Assembly (NCBI GenBank): GCA_965226495.1
Contig: OZ245365.1
Location: forward strand, 928,001-992,000
Direction of reading: 5' to 3'
Source: Candidatus Marinacidobacterales bacterium
GTDB lineage: Bacteria > Acidobacteriota > Vicinamibacteria > Marinacidobacterales > DATDRI01
DNA length: 64,000 nt
Positions 1-9,122 of this stretch are shown one piece after another; the first letter of the stretch is position 1, and the number at the start of each line of letters is the position of its first letter. The notes under the pieces are model-generated. The model ran no database searches. It was given only the letters and a program-made list of their open reading frames with translations, and was not told where the DNA came from. A program made the position numbers and the translations under genes.

Positions 1-95
1 GCAGAGTAATGCAATTGGCGTGCTTGCTCATGTGAGGTCACGACACGCCTGACGCCAGGGCTTAAGTTGCCTAGGCGTGAGAAAGGAGAACGATC

Positions 96-3000
96 ATGAG
101 GGTACGGACATTGACGCTCGTTATTGCCGGGATGGCGTTGGCCTCTCAAGCTCCGCATCTTCAAGGAGAGACCGCCGAGCTGGCTTTCGATTCTTTATTC
201 AATCTAGGTGCCGTCCTGGAAGATCGCAATGGGGATGGCATTGCCGACTTCGTCAACGTCCGGATCGTGGTTCCGGAGGCGGCCTCGCCATCCGACATCT
301 CGGGAGCGGCAGAAATCGCCGCCCGGCTCGGCTACGAGACCACGGCAACGGACATACCGCTGGTTGTAGCCGACACCGGCATCGAGCCGGCCTCGGCCGG
401 CCAACCGCTCATCCTCGTGGGCCGGAACAATAAATGGGTGGACGAGAAGAAACTCGGTTCGGGCCAGCTAGCGGCGGGCCAGGGCGCCGCTGTTCTGGTT
501 GGCTCGGCTTTCGGCTCGAACGATGCTCTGATGGTCTTCGGGGCGGATGAAGCAGGGAGCTTGGCAGCGGCTCGAGCGGTCGCGAGCCGCGTTCCGTTTG
601 TAGGAAAGATCGGCGGGGCCACGTTCGCGACGGTAGAAACGGATGTCGAAAACTTCCTTTCCGAAAAGGACATCCGACCAGCCTCCCCTCCGCGGTCGAC
701 GCGAATGGTCACGGATTCGAGCCCGAATACCGTTAGGGTTTCGGTCGACGTGCGGCTCTCGAGTCAACAGCAAGTCCGAGCGGCGCAGGCGGCCCTTCGG
801 TCGCTGGCGGGGGCGCACCGGCAGGGTCGAAGCGGGGAGGTTTTGAGCTACCCGGGGCTTACGAGTCTCGAAGTGGAGCTTTCTGCGGAGGGTCTCCGAA
901 GGTCGGTGGTCATCCCGGGTGCGGCGGCTGTGGAGATGACGATGGCGGCTCCTCCGGGTAAGCCGGGGAGCAAACAGTTCGATCTCTCGAATCTTTACAG
1001 CATCGAGGGTCTGTTTGAAGACACCAACAACGACCTGATCCCGGACGCGAGCGTCACTGCTCTCATTCTGGGGGAGGGAAGCGCGCGGCCCGCGGTGGGC
1101 TGGCTGGCCACACGGCTGGGACTGGAATCGGCTGGAATCCGTCTGCCTCTCAGCGAGAGCGTTTCCAACCTTGAAGAGGTTCCCAAGGAGGGACATCCCA
1201 TCTTGATCGGAACCCAGGGAGATTTGATCGACCCTCTGCGAGAGCAGGGAAAACTCCGAGGCGGGGAGCTGGGTGCCGGGGAAGGGCTCGTGCAGGTGGT
1301 CCGTAAGGCGATTGACGACTCTGCCGCGGTGGTGGTGACCGGCGGGGACGAGGCGGGCTTGGACGCGGCGCTGGACTACGTGAGCCAGCGGCTGCCGCAC
1401 CTCGACGAGCGGGGCAAGGATCGGCCCACCCTGGGCGATGTGGTCGAGGAAGGAAGGAGATTTCTCGGCGCCCGCAACGCTTCCGGCCAAGCGGCCACCG
1501 CGATTTACAAGCTCGACCAGATGGTGTCGGACCTCGAGGGCAAAGATTTAGAGCGTCTCGAGGCGAAGGTTTTCATCGATAAGGCGAGCCCTGAGTTGAA
1601 GGGCTTCCTCGAGCAACGGCTTGGCTCGAAAGTCCGTGCCGACGAGCTAGAGGTTGAAGTAGCCAGCCTCAATATCCACGACTCGGTCACCTTGCATGAA
1701 GAGACGGTGGAGTTCCCTTGGGAGGTGGATGATTTCTGGAAGGTCTTCCGGGAGAAGCTTCTCCGTCGCGTGAAGTCGCGCTCGAAGGTGGAGCTCGAGG
1801 TGCGGCTCGGCGAGTCTCCCGAGATCCGGCGGGAGCTCGTGAAGCAGATCCGCTCCGAGCTGAAGCAGAAGGCCAAGAGGGGCACGGTGGAGGTTCAAGT
1901 GCTGTCCTCGTACAAGGCGGGCTACAGCTGGCTGACGGAAGTCGTCGCTCCGGCCATTCAGGGAAAGGACATCGGGAAGATCCGCGTCAGCTTTGCCGAG
2001 CTCAAGCCTGAAAAGTGGCAGGAGATCTACTCGAAGATCCGCTGGTTGCTGGAGCTTTACCCGGTCGATGAAGTGCTGGCTCGGGATCTGGGGATACCGC
2101 TGGGGTCGGTCGAGTTTGAGATGAAGGACGAAGACTCCCCGACCTACGAGGTCCTGGTGACCGACAAGCAAGGAGGAGAGCTCTACCGGGGAAGCTTCGA
2201 CGCGAAATACGTTATTCGTCCAATGTTCGACCAGTTTCCGGATTACGACAAAGTGCATGTGACAACGGGTTGGGTCACGGCCAAGGTGGACGGTAAGCCG
2301 GTGGTCGATGAGCGCATCGTGACCGACATCGAGAAATTCTGGGATCACTATCAAAAAGAAACGCTTCCTCGCGCTTACAGCCATATCATGGACCTGTACG
2401 AAGGCAAGCCGCGGGCGCGATACGCGCCTTACTTCGGAGAGCTGCGGGTCGATCTGACGATGAGCGAGCCCAACTTTCGCATCGGGATCGACGAGGAGAT
2501 CATCTCCTCGCTGGACGCCGTCCACGAGGACATCTATTTCGATACCATCGCCTTTTTCGACGTGATGGGCATGCGGACGTCGGAGGAAAAGCTCTGGCAT
2601 CCGGGCCGGATTCTGCCCTATATGCGCCCGACCGAGAAAGGAGGGCCGGGGAAAGCAGTGATCCGTTTCACCGGCAAGCCGGCCGGTTACCCTCGAGTGG
2701 TGGTTCGTTTCCAGGAGCGAGGCGGTGAGACGACGGAGCGCAAGCTGGAGATCGCGCCGATGGAGATCGACCCCCCTCGGGCGGCAGCGGTGAGGGTGCG
2801 TGGGGGCTCCAATCGTCTGGAGAAGCTATTCCTGGAATGCAAGGTCGACACCGAGCGGGATGAGAGGGAGGCTCTCTTGCTCCGGGCGCGAGAGGAGCAG
2901 GTGGACCGTTTGATCCTCTCCCAGGAGCAGGCGGTGGCGATGGTGGAGGCGTTAGCGGAGCTGCAGCAGAGGGGGCTTTACACCGAGGCGTTTGGGTATC

Positions 3001-4292
3001 CGGCTCTCGAGGAGCTCGATTTCGTCTTTCAAGTGGGAGAAAAAGAGGCAGCCGCCTCACTGCGGTCCAGCGGGAAGAAACCACAACAGGATATCAAGAC
3101 TGTAGCGAAAGGCTATCAACACCGGGGGGAGCGTATCGTTCATTGGGATGCTCCGATCAGCCCCAAGGAAGCCGAGCAAATGGTGGCGAAGCTAGACACT
3201 TTCCCCGAGTTCACGGCCTATCACGCCGGCCGGTCGTTTCTGGGCCAGGACATCTGGGCGATGGATGTGATGCTGCCGGTGGAAGCCAGTCACTGGTCCC
3301 AGGCCAAGGCCAGCACCGTCAAGCCGGTCCTCATTATCTCGGGCCGCCAACACGCCAACGAGGTTTCGAGCACCAGCCACATACTCCGTCTCGCCGAGCT
3401 AGTGGCCACCAAGGAGGAGTACAAGCGTTATCTCGAGCGGGTCAACGTGGTCATCCACCCGATTACCAACCCGGACGGCGCCGCGCTTGCCTATGAGTTT
3501 TACCAGATCACCCCCGACTTCATCCTACATGCGGGCTATCTCGGCTCGCTCGGAATCGATATGACCACCCAGATGTGGGAGAAGGATCCTATCTACCCGG
3601 AGGCGAAGGTCCGTACCGAGCTGTGGAGAACCTGGCTTCCGGACATCTTCCTCAATCCGCACGGCTACCCCAAGCACGAGTGGGTGCAGTACTTCGCCGG
3701 CTACGCGGCCTGGGTGCGGGCCCGCTTCCCCACGAACCACGCGTGGGCCGGCCCTCGGGGCTGGTACACCAGCGTACGCTATGTGGACGACCCCAAGTAC
3801 CCGCACCACAAGGAGGTTGCTTTCGCCCTGCGTGACTACGTCGTCAAAGGTATCCTCAGCGAGCCGGCGGTGATGGCAATGAACGAGCGCATGTACTCCC
3901 GCTATGACCGGTACGGGGGGAGGTTCGATCCCGAGAACTTCAAACGCGACTACTATGAGCGTGTCCGCATTTATGAGGCGCTCAAGGGAGGGAAGCCGGA
4001 CCCGAAATCGAGCGATTTTGGCACGCGCTACCCGAACGTCACGGTCAAATCATGGGGCACGGAGGCTCCCGACGAAACCGCCTATGGAGATTGGATGAAG
4101 CTGGTTGCCTCCGCCGGGTTTCAGTTCGACTTGGCCAACCTGAAATATCTCTACGATTCCACCTATGAAGTGAAAAGAACCCACGAGCGTCTTGGGGAAA
4201 CGGTACGGTTTGCGACAATTAGGCCGAGGCCGCCTCGGCCGGGTAAGTCGAGTACGTCGAGTACTGAAGAGAAGCCCACATCCGAACCGTAA
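96..4292 (+). CDS. Giant exported M14-family zinc metallopeptidase/amidase, paralog 1 (1398 aa)
   Basis: RBS AAGGAG; signal peptide; C-terminal M14 motifs GRQHANE (HxxE), HPITNPDG, NPHGYP, TEAPDET; two N-terminal DxNxD + 'AARLG' modules. Confidence 0.85.
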   Translation: MRVRTLTLVIAGMALASQAPHLQGETAELAFDSLFNLGAVLEDRNGDGIADFVNVRIVVPEAASPSDISGAAEIAARLGYETTATDIPLVVADTGIEPASAGQPLILVGRNNKWVDEKKLGSGQLAAGQGAAVLVGSAFGSNDALMVFGADEAGSLAAARAVASRVPFVGKIGGATFATVETDVENFLSEKDIRPASPPRSTRMVTDSSPNTVRVSVDVRLSSQQQVRAAQAALRSLAGAHRQGRSGEVLSYPGLTSLEVELSAEGLRRSVVIPGAAAVEMTMAAPPGKPGSKQFDLSNLYSIEGLFEDTNNDLIPDASVTALILGEGSARPAVGWLATRLGLESAGIRLPLSESVSNLEEVPKEGHPILIGTQGDLIDPLREQGKLRGGELGAGEGLVQVVRKAIDDSAAVVVTGGDEAGLDAALDYVSQRLPHLDERGKDRPTLGDVVEEGRRFLGARNASGQAATAIYKLDQMVSDLEGKDLERLEAKVFIDKASPELKGFLEQRLGSKVRADELEVEVASLNIHDSVTLHEETVEFPWEVDDFWKVFREKLLRRVKSRSKVELEVRLGESPEIRRELVKQIRSELKQKAKRGTVEVQVLSSYKAGYSWLTEVVAPAIQGKDIGKIRVSFAELKPEKWQEIYSKIRWLLELYPVDEVLARDLGIPLGSVEFEMKDEDSPTYEVLVTDKQGGELYRGSFDAKYVIRPMFDQFPDYDKVHVTTGWVTAKVDGKPVVDERIVTDIEKFWDHYQKETLPRAYSHIMDLYEGKPRARYAPYFGELRVDLTMSEPNFRIGIDEEIISSLDAVHEDIYFDTIAFFDVMGMRTSEEKLWHPGRILPYMRPTEKGGPGKAVIRFTGKPAGYPRVVVRFQERGGETTERKLEIAPMEIDPPRAAAVRVRGGSNRLEKLFLECKVDTERDEREALLLRAREEQVDRLILSQEQAVAMVEALAELQQRGLYTEAFGYPALEELDFVFQVGEKEAAASLRSSGKKPQQDIKTVAKGYQHRGERIVHWDAPISPKEAEQMVAKLDTFPEFTAYHAGRSFLGQDIWAMDVMLPVEASHWSQAKASTVKPVLIISGRQHANEVSSTSHILRLAELVATKEEYKRYLERVNVVIHPITNPDGAALAYEFYQITPDFILHAGYLGSLGIDMTTQMWEKDPIYPEAKVRTELWRTWLPDIFLNPHGYPKHEWVQYFAGYAAWVRARFPTNHAWAGPRGWYTSVRYVDDPKYPHHKEVAFALRDYVVKGILSEPAVMAMNERMYSRYDRYGGRFDPENFKRDYYERVRIYEALKGGKPDPKSSDFGTRYPNVTVKSWGTEAPDETAYGDWMKLVASAGFQFDLANLKYLYDSTYEVKRTHERLGETVRFATIRPRPPRPGKSSTSSTEEKPTSEP

Positions 4293-4357
4293 CAAAGGGT
4301 GCACGGAGAAAGAGAACGTCTGGCTCACACTGACAATTGAAACGGTGTAAGAAACTG

Positions 4358-6595
4358 ATGGCCCATCGTCCTCTGCTGGTGGGAGGAGGCCCGCTCCGGC
4401 CGGTCCGGGCTCTTCTCGTCCTCACCACGCTCCTCTTGGTCGGGACGGAGGAACTTGCCGCGAGCCCTCGTCAGGTTCAGGCGGCCGCCGAACACGAAAC
4501 CGTCCTGCGCGCGATCCCGGTGTCTGAGCCTCCGAGACTAGATGGGGTTCTGGACGAGCCGCTCTGGCAGGACGCTCCTCTGTTCGACAGGTTCCTCCAG
4601 CAAGTTCCGGACGAGGGGAAGCCGGCCACGGAAAGAACGGAAGTCCGGATCGTTTACACTCGTGACAAGCTGTATTTCGGGGTCATGGTGTTTTACAGCG
4701 ATCCGAACAAGATGATTGCCAACGAGCTTCGCTACGATCAGGCTCGCATGTATGCCCAGGATGACACCTTCTCCATCATGCTGGACACCTTTCACGACCA
4801 TCGTAACGGCTATCTGTTCCTCATCAACGCACTAGGGACGCGCAACGAATGGGCCTGCACCGAGGAAGGGCGTCACTGGAACCGATACTGGGATCCGGTG
4901 TGGGACGTGGCGACCCGGGTGGGGCCCGACGGGTGGTCGGCGGAGGTGGAAATTCCTTTCAAGAGCCTTCGCTATGACGGTGAGAGTGGCGAGTGGGGCA
5001 TCAACCTCCGTCGGGCGATTCTGTATAAGAACGAGTGGGTTCACGCGACCCTCATTCCGCCTGGGTATAACCACCCCTCTCAAGGAATCGGGAAGCTGTC
5101 TTCGGCGGCGGTGCTCGAGGGGCTGGACGGCATCACCGAAAGCCGGAACCTCGAGTTCAAACCGTTTGTAACTGCCGCGGCAGTCGAGACTGACGTCGAA
5201 ATCCCCGGAGTTGTTCCAAGCAGCGACATCCAGCCGGGGATCGACATCAAGTACGGGTTTACGCCCAACCTGAACCTCGACCTGACCGTCAACACCGACT
5301 TTTCCCACGTCGAGGTGGACCAGCAGCAAATCAACCTCACTCGTTTCGGACTCTTCTTTCCGGAGAAACGTGCGTTTTTTCAAGAGGGCCAAGGAATCTT
5401 CGACTTCGGCCAGGGGCGAGGGAACTACCGCGTGCTGCCCTTCTTTAGTCGAAGAATCGGACTAGAGGACGGCCGACCGGTACCTATTCGCGCCGGAGCC
5501 CGGCTCACCGGAAAGCTCGGCCCCTATAGTTTGGGTTTGCTCGGGATGCGGACCAAGGACGCGGGCCTCTACCCCGCCACATCGTTCTCCGCCCTCCGGC
5601 TCAAGCGAGACGTTCTCCAGAGGTCGAGCCTCGGTCTTCTTTTTACCGATCGCCGGCCGACCGGACCCGTCAATTCCTCAGCCAACCAGGTGGCGGGGCT
5701 CGACGCCAATTTCGCCTTCTTTGCCAAGAGCAAGGTGGATCTGTTCTGGGCCCGAAGCAATCAGGACGCACCCGGTCAGAGCTCCACTTCTTACCGCGCC
5801 CACCTACTTCTGGAGAGCGATCTGCTGGGTTTAGAAACGGACTGGATGCAGGTGGGCGACACCTTTAGTCCGGAAGTGGGTTTCGTCCAGAGAGACGATA
5901 TGGACCGGCGCTACCTCGGGCTGCAGGTGAGTCCGCGGCCGGGCCGGTGGGGCATGCGCAAGGTCTACTTTCGCTCCTCTGTGGACTATGTTGAAAACCT
6001 TCGGGGGCTACTCGAGACCCGTCACCTGGCGAGCGGCATCGAGATCGAGTTCGACAACGCCGATGAGCTCTCCGGCAATTGGGTGCGCTCTTACGAGGCC
6101 CTCGAACAACCCTTCTTAGTCGCGGGGCTTTTGGCGGTCGCACCGGGCGAGTATCGTTTCGACCATTGGAACGCTCGTTTCGTGTCTTCCCAACACCGCA
6201 ACGTTTCGGCAACGGTCGACCTGAGGGGCGGGGGCTTCTTCGACGGCACTCGTCGAGACCTCGGTGCGGCTACGAAGCTCAAGGTCAACCAGCATTTATT
6301 CTTTGACCTCGACTACTCGACCAGTGATATACGGCTCTTGGCGGGAGATCTCCGAACCCATCTGGCGGGTCTCAGAAGCAGTGTGGCTCTGAACACTCGG
6401 CTGTTTGGTGCCGCAGTGGTGCAGTGGAATAGCGTGAGCCGGGAGTTCGGAGTGAATGTTCGACTGCGCTACACGTATCGCCCGGGGAGTGACTTTTACA
6501 TCGTCTTCAACGAACGCATGACGCGCCCGGGCGATCTCTGGTTTTTGAACGAAAGAAGCCTCACCGTCAAATGGACTTACCTGTTTCAGGTCTAA
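4358..6595 (+). CDS. DUF5916-type outer-membrane protein with N-terminal CBM9-like domain, paralog 1
   Basis: PRLDGVLDEPLW, LDTFHDHRNGY, GWSAEVEIPFKSLRY, TVNTDFSxVEVD, FFPEKRxFFQEG, FFSRRIGL; barrel-like C-terminus KWTYLF; ATG 4358 chosen (ORF opens at 4337). Confidence 0.8.
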   Translation: MAHRPLLVGGGPLRPVRALLVLTTLLLVGTEELAASPRQVQAAAEHETVLRAIPVSEPPRLDGVLDEPLWQDAPLFDRFLQQVPDEGKPATERTEVRIVYTRDKLYFGVMVFYSDPNKMIANELRYDQARMYAQDDTFSIMLDTFHDHRNGYLFLINALGTRNEWACTEEGRHWNRYWDPVWDVATRVGPDGWSAEVEIPFKSLRYDGESGEWGINLRRAILYKNEWVHATLIPPGYNHPSQGIGKLSSAAVLEGLDGITESRNLEFKPFVTAAAVETDVEIPGVVPSSDIQPGIDIKYGFTPNLNLDLTVNTDFSHVEVDQQQINLTRFGLFFPEKRAFFQEGQGIFDFGQGRGNYRVLPFFSRRIGLEDGRPVPIRAGARLTGKLGPYSLGLLGMRTKDAGLYPATSFSALRLKRDVLQRSSLGLLFTDRRPTGPVNSSANQVAGLDANFAFFAKSKVDLFWARSNQDAPGQSSTSYRAHLLLESDLLGLETDWMQVGDTFSPEVGFVQRDDMDRRYLGLQVSPRPGRWGMRKVYFRSSVDYVENLRGLLETRHLASGIEIEFDNADELSGNWVRSYEALEQPFLVAGLLAVAPGEYRFDHWNARFVSSQHRNVSATVDLRGGGFFDGTRRDLGAATKLKVNQHLFFDLDYSTSDIRLLAGDLRTHLAGLRSSVALNTRLFGAAVVQWNSVSREFGVNVRLRYTYRPGSDFYIVFNERMTRPGDLWFLNERSLTVKWTYLFQV

Positions 6596-7455
6596 GCTTC
6601 CGGCAACAATCCCAGCGCTTTCGCCTGATCCAGTGTTCGCTTGGCTCCTTTGAGGTGGAGCTCTTCAATCAGCTCCCCGTCCAAGCTCGTCACCGAGCTG
6701 CCCTGTTTCATGGCTTTTTCCATCGCCGCCGCGACTTTCGTTGCACGGGCCACCTCGGACGGCGTGGGCGAGAAGATCTCATTAATGGTAGCAACCTGGG
6801 CCGGATGGACCGCGGTCTTGCCGTCGAAGCCTAGCAAGCGAGCGCGGCGAGCGCTGCGGTCGAGCGCCTCGTCGTCGAGGTACTCGAAGGTGGGTGTGTC
6901 GAAGGCGAATACATCCGTGCCGGCGGCTCGAGCCGCGTGGACCACTTGACTCCGGGCGAAGAAAATCTCGCGCTCCTCGGCGTCCGGTTGCATCCGCATG
7001 CTTTCCCGGTAGTCCGCGGCGCCAAGGACGAGCCCGGCGACCCGCGGCGAGCACCGTGCCAGCGAAGCGACGTTCAGCACTCCCGCCGCCGTCTCAATCA
7101 TCAGGAACAAGGGCGTCGCCTCGCCAAGCTTCTCGTCCACCGGGGTCACGTCATCTTCATCGCTTACCTTGGGAAGCACCACGCCGTCGGGGCGAATGCC
7201 GGCGATGGCCTCGATGTCTCGGGCTCCCCAGGGAGAGGAGAGAGAATTGGCACGGACGAAGACCTCGGCCCCTCCAAAATCGACTTCTGGAATGAGCCGG
7301 GCGACTTGCTCGCGAGCCTGGTCCTTGGCGTCGGGATGGACGCCGTCCTCGAGATCCAGGATCAGGACATCGGCGCCCCGGCGTCCGGCCTTCCGGATCA
7401 TCTTCTCAGAGGATCCCGGGGTGTATAGAAGTGAGCGCTTCAGCGGGGCTGCCAT
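6592..7455 (-). CDS. CitE/HpcH-HpaI family CoA-ester lyase (citrate lyase beta-like; malyl/citramalyl-CoA lyase-like)
   Basis: RSLLYTPG, LDLEDGV, VRAN, LPKV, MIETAAG, GFDGKTAVHPAQV; start at MAAPLKRS; stop overlaps the convergent DUF5916 stop. Confidence 0.85.
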   Translation of the reverse strand: MAAPLKRSLLYTPGSSEKMIRKAGRRGADVLILDLEDGVHPDAKDQAREQVARLIPEVDFGGAEVFVRANSLSSPWGARDIEAIAGIRPDGVVLPKVSDEDDVTPVDEKLGEATPLFLMIETAAGVLNVASLARCSPRVAGLVLGAADYRESMRMQPDAEEREIFFARSQVVHAARAAGTDVFAFDTPTFEYLDDEALDRSARRARLLGFDGKTAVHPAQVATINEIFSPTPSEVARATKVAAAMEKAMKQGSSVTSLDGELIEELHLKGAKRTLDQAKALGLLPEA

Positions 7456-7528
7456 GCCGGGTATGGTAGCTGCGGCCGCAGCTCCGCCGCCACCATCATC
7501 AGCCCTCCGTCTCCGGTGAGCCGGTTTC

Positions 7529-7556
7529 TTGAAAGGCAACACACTTGCGGTACTAT
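7529..7556 (+). promoter_or_regulatory. Putative sigma70-type promoter for the MmgE/PrpD gene
   Basis: TTGAAA (7529-7534) N16 TACTAT (7551-7556) in the divergent intergenic region. Confidence 0.35.
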
Positions 7557-7628
7557 ACCAGGCACAACCTGTCGGAACATCAAGACGGGTGCGGAAATCT
7601 CGCGTTCTTACGTCAATCTGGAGGTCGG

Positions 7629-8984
7629 ATGATGGTTGAAGCATCCGTTACCGAACGTCTTGCGCGCTGGCTGACTAGATGGCGCGAGGCGGGGTTACCG
7701 CAAGCGGTTCTGGAAACTTCTCAAGGTTATCTCCTCGATTGGTTGGGCTCCGCGCTCGCCGGGACGGCCACCGGACCCGGAGCCAAGCTGCTTGACTATG
7801 CGCAGGCTCAGCCGCCCGGACCTTGCGGTCTGGTCGGGAGCGATTTGTCCCGGTCGGCGGAGGTTGCCGCTCTTGTGAACGGCGGTCTCTCGCACATTGT
7901 CGAGATGGACGACGTGGATCGTGGATCGGTGGTGCACCCGGCCGCCGTCGTCATTCCGGCTGCCTTGGCCGTGGCGCAGCGGGAGGACCTGAACGGCAGA
8001 GACTTCCTTTCGGCGGTGGTGGCGGGTTACGAGGTGGCCATTCGTGTGGGCGAGGCGGTCGGTAAGCGACACTACTACTACTTCCACAACACGGGGACGT
8101 GTGGTGTTTTCGGTGCCGCGGCGGCGGTGGGCTGGCTTCTGGGACTGACGGAAGACCAGCTGGTATGGGCTTTGGGGAACGCGGGTACTCAATCGTCCGG
8201 CCTTTGGGAGTTCAAGGCGGACGGCGCGATGACGAAGCACCTGCATACCGGGCGCGCAGCGGCTAGTGGTGTTCTCGCCGCTGACCTGGCGGCGAGAGGC
8301 TTCACCGGCCCGCGCCGCATCCTGGACGGAGAGCGGGGACTTTTCGCCGCTACGGCTCCGGACGCCGCTCCCGAGCGGGTTGTCGACGGACTCGACGCTC
8401 GTTCGCCGATCTTTAAGATCGGTGGCGTCTCCATCAAACCCCACGCGTCTTGTCGTCACACGCACGCCGCCATCGATTTGGCATTGACGCTTCGGAGCCG
8501 ACTCGAAGGCCGCTCGGTCGATCGTGTCGAGATCGACACCTACCAGGCGGCGCTCGATCTCTGCGACGACCCCGGTCCTCAAACACCTTATGCCGCGCAG
8601 TTCAGCTTGCAGTACTGCGTCTCCTTAGCCCTCGAGCGAGGTCATGTCACGCTCGAGGATTTCACGCCCGCGAGTATGACCGACCCGGCTGTCGGCGACC
8701 TGCTGCCTCGAATCACCGCTGCGGCCCGACCGGATCTCGAGGCGCGCTATCCGCTCGAGTGGCCGGCTCGTATCCGTCTCGTGTTGGAGGGCGGCGAGAA
8801 GTTGGACGGCGCGGTAACTCACCCCCGGGGAGACCCCGAATCGCCACTCACCCGAGCCGAGCTCGAAGAAAAGTTTCGGATGCTTGCATCTTATGGCGGC
8901 CACGCCGCGCGGGCGGATGGTTTGCTGTCCTGGGTGTTTGGCCTCATCAAAGACGCCCCCGTCGCTCACGCCGCGACTGCCTGA
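7629..8984 (+). CDS. MmgE/PrpD family protein
   Basis: AALVNGGLSHIVEMDD, HPAAVVIPAALA, FHNTGTCG, KPHASCRHTH, AQFSLQY, PRGDPESPL; GGAGG RBS before ATG 7629. Confidence 0.9.
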   Translation: MMVEASVTERLARWLTRWREAGLPQAVLETSQGYLLDWLGSALAGTATGPGAKLLDYAQAQPPGPCGLVGSDLSRSAEVAALVNGGLSHIVEMDDVDRGSVVHPAAVVIPAALAVAQREDLNGRDFLSAVVAGYEVAIRVGEAVGKRHYYYFHNTGTCGVFGAAAAVGWLLGLTEDQLVWALGNAGTQSSGLWEFKADGAMTKHLHTGRAAASGVLAADLAARGFTGPRRILDGERGLFAATAPDAAPERVVDGLDARSPIFKIGGVSIKPHASCRHTHAAIDLALTLRSRLEGRSVDRVEIDTYQAALDLCDDPGPQTPYAAQFSLQYCVSLALERGHVTLEDFTPASMTDPAVGDLLPRITAAARPDLEARYPLEWPARIRLVLEGGEKLDGAVTHPRGDPESPLTRAELEEKFRMLASYGGHAARADGLLSWVFGLIKDAPVAHAATA

Positions 8985-9122
8985 CCATCATTCAGTACCC
9001 CCGCCTCGGTGGGAATGGCGCCACGGCACTGGATCGTGCTTAAATGCCGAGAATCTCGGCAGGCGTTCACGCCCACAAGACCCTCAATTGGACGCGACGC
9101 CAACTCTAACCGACAAACGTTG

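Noticed and set aside
15-30. Sigma54-like TTGGC..TTGC upstream of M14 paralog 1
   Set aside because: GG-to-GC spacing is 7 nt rather than the required 10
7534-7549. Sigma54-like GGCA-N6-TTGC upstream of the MmgE/PrpD gene
   Set aside because: Spacing fits, but the match is short enough to occur by chance, overlaps a plausible sigma70 promoter, and no enhancer-binding protein is nearby
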